The position numbers were made by a program, and so were the translations under genes. Below the pieces are notes generated by a model. That model did not search any database and had not been told where the DNA came from. It saw only the letters and a program-made list of their open reading frames with translations. Below, one piece after another: positions 60,882-64,000 of a DNA stretch of 64,000 nt (position 1 is the first letter of the stretch; each line of letters begins with the position of its first letter). The DNA is from Gammaproteobacteria bacterium (GTDB taxonomy: Bacteria > Pseudomonadota > Gammaproteobacteria > JACCXJ01): the NCBI GenBank assembly GCA_050740695.1, contig JBOIDR010000001.1, positions 6,762 through 70,761 on the forward strand, read 5' to 3'.

Positions 60882-60909
60882 AGATGGTCTAAGTCTATCA
60901 AGTGAAGAC
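60882..60909 (-). promoter_or_regulatory. Candidate sigma70-type promoter upstream of pmoC
   Basis: Minus strand reads TTGACA (60909..60904), then 16 nt, then TAGACT (60887..60882), about 120 nt upstream of the pmoC ATG. Motif match only. Confidence 0.3.
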
Positions 60910-61155
60910 GGCATGTCAAGTCACCCGGACGGTCTAGTGCCCGCTGCCACGTCGGACCCCGCGCCGGCCGCCGTCCGTGGTATCCTGCCCGATCGATATT
61001 CTACAGTTTTCAAATAGATACGATCCGTGCGCGCACACAACCACGGTCTGAGCATGCCCGGTGAGGTTGCCAGAGATCCGGCGCCCCGGGCAAGGATACG
61101 GCAATTGACCTCGCACGGGGGCACGAGCGGCCATCGACGCTACTATGCCGGGGCC

Positions 61156-61590
61156 CTAGCTCATGGAAATGTAGTCGCGCAACGCGCTGGTCTCGGCCTC
61201 GATCTCCTCCATCCTCGCCTTGACCGCGTCTCCGATGCTGACGATCCCGCACAAGCGCCCATCGCCATCGGTCACGGGCACATGCCGCATCCGCCGATCG
61301 GTCATCAAGGCCATCAGCTTCAACAGCGAATCCAATGGGTTGCAGGCGATGATCTCGGCCCGCATGAGGGCCTGGATGGGCATCCCCAGGACCTCTCTCC
61401 CATGGCTCGCGAGCCCGTGCACGATATCCCTTTCGGAGAGCACCCCCCGCGGCCGGCCATCCCCGTCGCACACGACCACGGCCCCGATGCGTTGTTCCCT
61501 CATACGCTTCGCCGCGACCGCAATGCTCTCGTCGGCCGGCAGGGTGAAAACCCCGGCGCCCTTGACCCTAACGATGTCTTCTACCTTCAT
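61156..61590 (-). CDS. CBS-pair domain protein
   Basis: Start trimmed to ATG 61590 (MKVEDIVRVKG...). It has two CBS motifs (IGAVVVCDGDGRPRGVLSERDIV and RHVPVTDGDGRLCGIVSIGDAV). Confidence 0.85.
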   Translation of the reverse strand: MKVEDIVRVKGAGVFTLPADESIAVAAKRMREQRIGAVVVCDGDGRPRGVLSERDIVHGLASHGREVLGMPIQALMRAEIIACNPLDSLLKLMALMTDRRMRHVPVTDGDGRLCGIVSIGDAVKARMEEIEAETSALRDYISMS

Positions 61591-61603
61591 GACACGCACC
61601 TCC

Positions 61604-62860
61604 CTAGGGCAGAGGATTACGGGTGGGTGGCTTGGCCCGAACGGCGTTCCCGCCACCGGCTGGAACGATGGCACGGACATCCGAAAGGCCCGGCCCTTCC
61701 GAACAGAGCTCTTCATAGACCCTCACGAGCTCGACCACGACTCGGCCCGCCTCGAAGGATCTTACAACCTCTCGGGCACCACGGCCCAAGGCACCCCGCA
61801 AGGTGTCATCCGTGAAGAGCTTGCGCATGGCCCGGGCGAGGGCCTCGGGGTCGTCGGGCGCCACGACGCAACCGCTCCTCCCATCACTCACCAACTCGGG
61901 CACCCCGCCCGCCCGCACACCGATGGCGGGAAGCCCGAGCGCCATGGCCTCCAGGAACACCAGCGGTTGGACCTCGGTCGTGGAGGCGGATACGAAGACA
62001 TCGCACGCCGCGAGCCGCTCGACCAAGGGCGCCCCATGCAGCATGCCCGTCCAGGCGACCCGGTCGGAGATCCCCAGGCTCCTGGCCAGGCCCTCGAGCC
62101 TCGGCCGCTCGCGCCCGTCCCCGATGATCATGAGGGCCGCATCGCATCCCCCCGCACGCAGCCGGGCGAACCCTTCGAGCACGACATCGACGCGCTTCTG
62201 CTCCACGAGCCTCCCGACGTGGACGGCGGTCGGCCTGTCCATCCCGAACCGTGCACGCAGCGCGGCCTCGTGCGCAGTGGTAGAGAAACGCCCGAGGTCG
62301 ATCGGGTTGGATAAGACGTGGACCGGGCGCCTGAGCCCGTGCTCCAAGAGCTCGCGTTGCAGCGCGCGAGCGGGGGTGATCACCACCGAACAGCGGTTGT
62401 AGAAGAATGCCAGATAGCGCCGGATCAGGCGTTTGATCACCGCGTAATCGAGCCGAAAGTTGCTGAGATATTCGGCCAGGAAACCGTGGTGGCTGCCCAC
62501 CAGGGGGCAGCCCAGGAGCTTGGCGCAGGCCACGGCCTCCCAACCGACCGTGAAGATGGTGTGCAGGTGGATGACATCCGGGCGAAAACGCCGCAGCCTC
62601 GCGAGCGGGCGCGCGATCGTCGGGAAGCGCGCCTGGATGTGCCGGAAGCCGGGCAAGGTGAACGATGGGAACGGGAATACGAGGACGCGTGGGTCCAACT
62701 CGCCCCGTGGCCCACCCTCGCCCTCGATCCTGCTCACGTCCATGGTGAATACGGCGACCGCATGCCCGCGGCGCACCAACTCGTTGGCGGTCGTCACGAC
62801 CGAGCGCACGACACCGTTGACTTGCGGGAGGAAAGTATCGGTGAAGACGGCGATGCGCAT
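61604..62860 (-). CDS. Glycosyltransferase family 4
   Basis: Start trimmed to ATG 62860 (MRIAVFTDTFLPQVNGVVRSV). Contains EVQPLVFLEAMALGLPAIGVRAGGVPELV. Confidence 0.85.
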   Translation of the reverse strand: MRIAVFTDTFLPQVNGVVRSVVTTANELVRRGHAVAVFTMDVSRIEGEGGPRGELDPRVLVFPFPSFTLPGFRHIQARFPTIARPLARLRRFRPDVIHLHTIFTVGWEAVACAKLLGCPLVGSHHGFLAEYLSNFRLDYAVIKRLIRRYLAFFYNRCSVVITPARALQRELLEHGLRRPVHVLSNPIDLGRFSTTAHEAALRARFGMDRPTAVHVGRLVEQKRVDVVLEGFARLRAGGCDAALMIIGDGRERPRLEGLARSLGISDRVAWTGMLHGAPLVERLAACDVFVSASTTEVQPLVFLEAMALGLPAIGVRAGGVPELVSDGRSGCVVAPDDPEALARAMRKLFTDDTLRGALGRGAREVVRSFEAGRVVVELVRVYEELCSEGPGLSDVRAIVPAGGGNAVRAKPPTRNPLP

Positions 62861-62880
62861 ATCTCGATCGCGCCGATGGA

Positions 62881-64000
62881 TCAAGCGGTGCCCGCCTCCA
62901 GACCCGCATGCAGCGCCTGGCAGGCGTGGTAAAGCCCCAGGACCTCGGGCACCACGGCGAAGGAGGCGATGACCTTCTCGAACTCACAGCCCGGTTTCAG
63001 GATCTGCGGTAACTCCTGCGACAACTCGAACACATGTACGCCGTGCTTGCGGGCGACGACGAGATAATACAGGTAATGCAGCGCGCGGATCGCGAGCTTG
63101 GGATCGTGATAAGCATCGAGAATTGGGACCAGGAAGGCGAGCTGTAAGGATCGAGAGCGCGCATCGACCACCGCCGTTCCGTCGGAAACCATGCAGATCA
63201 TGGGCAATGCGTTGGCGGTCTCGGCGTCCGAAAAGCCGATGCGAGGCCATGGGACCTCGGGTTTCGGCAGGCCGAACAGCCCCGCGAAGGCCTTCTGGTA
63301 GCACCATGCGAGGCTGCAAGCCACCGGGTCCCTGACCGGGGTCGTATCCGGGTTCGAGAACAGCCGGAGCTTAGGAAACAGGGCGCGTCGCAAGTCGCCC
63401 AGAGATCGGTCGGTCGGGCTGTTGAGCAGCACCCGGTACCCCAGACCGGCGATCGCGACCACCCGCGACAAGGGCTCGAAGTGGGCAAGCTCTTCGAGAA
63501 GGAGCTGGATGGCGATCGGGTCCACGGCGGTCTCGGTCCAGGCCAGGAACGCGATCACATTACCACTGATATAGGTGTTCTTGGAGCGCCTCCAGGCCTC
63601 CAATACCGACCGCACCTGCCCCTCGCCGATGGTGACGTCCCGAAATCCCTCGCCCGCCATGCGGTAGATGTGAGAATTGAAGGCCGTGACCCCGAAGTCG
63701 GCCACGCACCCCCACTTGAGGCACAGGGCGAAATATCTGGCGAGCAGGAAGTCCTGCCAGCTCCGATGGATGAAGCGGACCTTGTCCGGGCCGGTCGCGA
63801 CGAATACCGTGCGCTGCGCGATCGCCGCGCAGGTGGCGCGGAGCCCGCAGAGACCGAAGCCAAACAAGACATCGCTGCCGCCACCCGCGAGCGCCGGGTC
63901 GGACGTAAGACCCGCGCGCCAACGTTCCACCACCGTCCGCGCCTCGGCGAGCAGGGTTTCGATCTCGATCTCGCCACGGTGTTTATAGAAGAACAGCCAG
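62881..64000 (-). CDS. C-terminal part of a STAND/NACHT-like NTPase (CDS continues past the right edge)
   Basis: The frame is open to position 64000 (WLFFYKHRGEIEIETLLAEARTVVERWRAG...). KVRFIHRSWQDFLLARYF resembles the end of NACHT modules and is followed by a ~280-aa helical region. The NTPase core itself is not in the window. Confidence 0.4.
   Translation of the reverse strand, partial: WLFFYKHRGEIEIETLLAEARTVVERWRAGLTSDPALAGGGSDVLFGFGLCGLRATCAAIAQRTVFVATGPDKVRFIHRSWQDFLLARYFALCLKWGCVADFGVTAFNSHIYRMAGEGFRDVTIGEGQVRSVLEAWRRSKNTYISGNVIAFLAWTETAVDPIAIQLLLEELAHFEPLSRVVAIAGLGYRVLLNSPTDRSLGDLRRALFPKLRLFSNPDTTPVRDPVACSLAWCYQKAFAGLFGLPKPEVPWPRIGFSDAETANALPMICMVSDGTAVVDARSRSLQLAFLVPILDAYHDPKLAIRALHYLYYLVVARKHGVHVFELSQELPQILKPGCEFEKVIASFAVVPEVLGLYHACQALHAGLEAGTA

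Noticed and set aside
60921-60960. Sigma54 (-24/-12) promoter upstream of pmoC at the TGGCAG-containing stretch
   Set aside because: The GG is present, but the spacing and sequence at the -12 position (expected TTGC) do not fit.

Overview
High-GC chromosomal segment with gammaproteobacterial synteny, almost fully coding and mostly on the minus strand. Housekeeping blocks: ubiE-ubiJ-ubiB, hslVU, yebC-ruvC-ruvA, glmU, a complete F1Fo ATP synthase operon (atpIBEFHAGDC), smc-zipA plus a decayed ligA remnant, mutM, sohB, and a gldAFG-like ABC system with a DUF4340 gene. The main metabolic feature is a copper membrane monooxygenase operon in C-A-B order (pmoCAB/amoCAB type, 57.7-60.8 kb). It is followed by a strong terminator and a candidate PmoD/AmoD-like gene. 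Accessory content includes hicB, hicBA, vapBC and a decayed pemIK/mazEF-like toxin-antitoxin module, an internally deleted IS200-type tnpA, a Uma2 endonuclease wedged between atpC and glmU, DUF29, DUF1003 plus a DUF867 hydrolase, a class I terpene synthase, a receiver-like Ser/Thr kinase, a binding-protein/porin/GGDEF-EAL operon and a membrane MutS-related ATPase. The best candidates for undescribed biology are: (1) a tight five-gene operon joining GTP cyclohydrolase II and a deaminase-less RibD-C reductase to two GT4 glycosyltransferases and an MDR dehydrogenase (7.5-12.2 kb); (2) a module directly upstream of atpI encoding a small exported protein, an exported 14-repeat WD40 protein and a DUF5706/Pycsar-effector-like membrane protein (32.2-35.7 kb); (3) a STAND-NTPase tail, GT4 and CBS gene string upstream of pmoC. 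Several families of REP-like palindromic repeats fill the intergenic DNA and greatly expand two spacers inside the atp operon. No rRNA, tRNA or CRISPR array was recognised. Every call rests on reading the translations and the DNA by eye; no searches were run.
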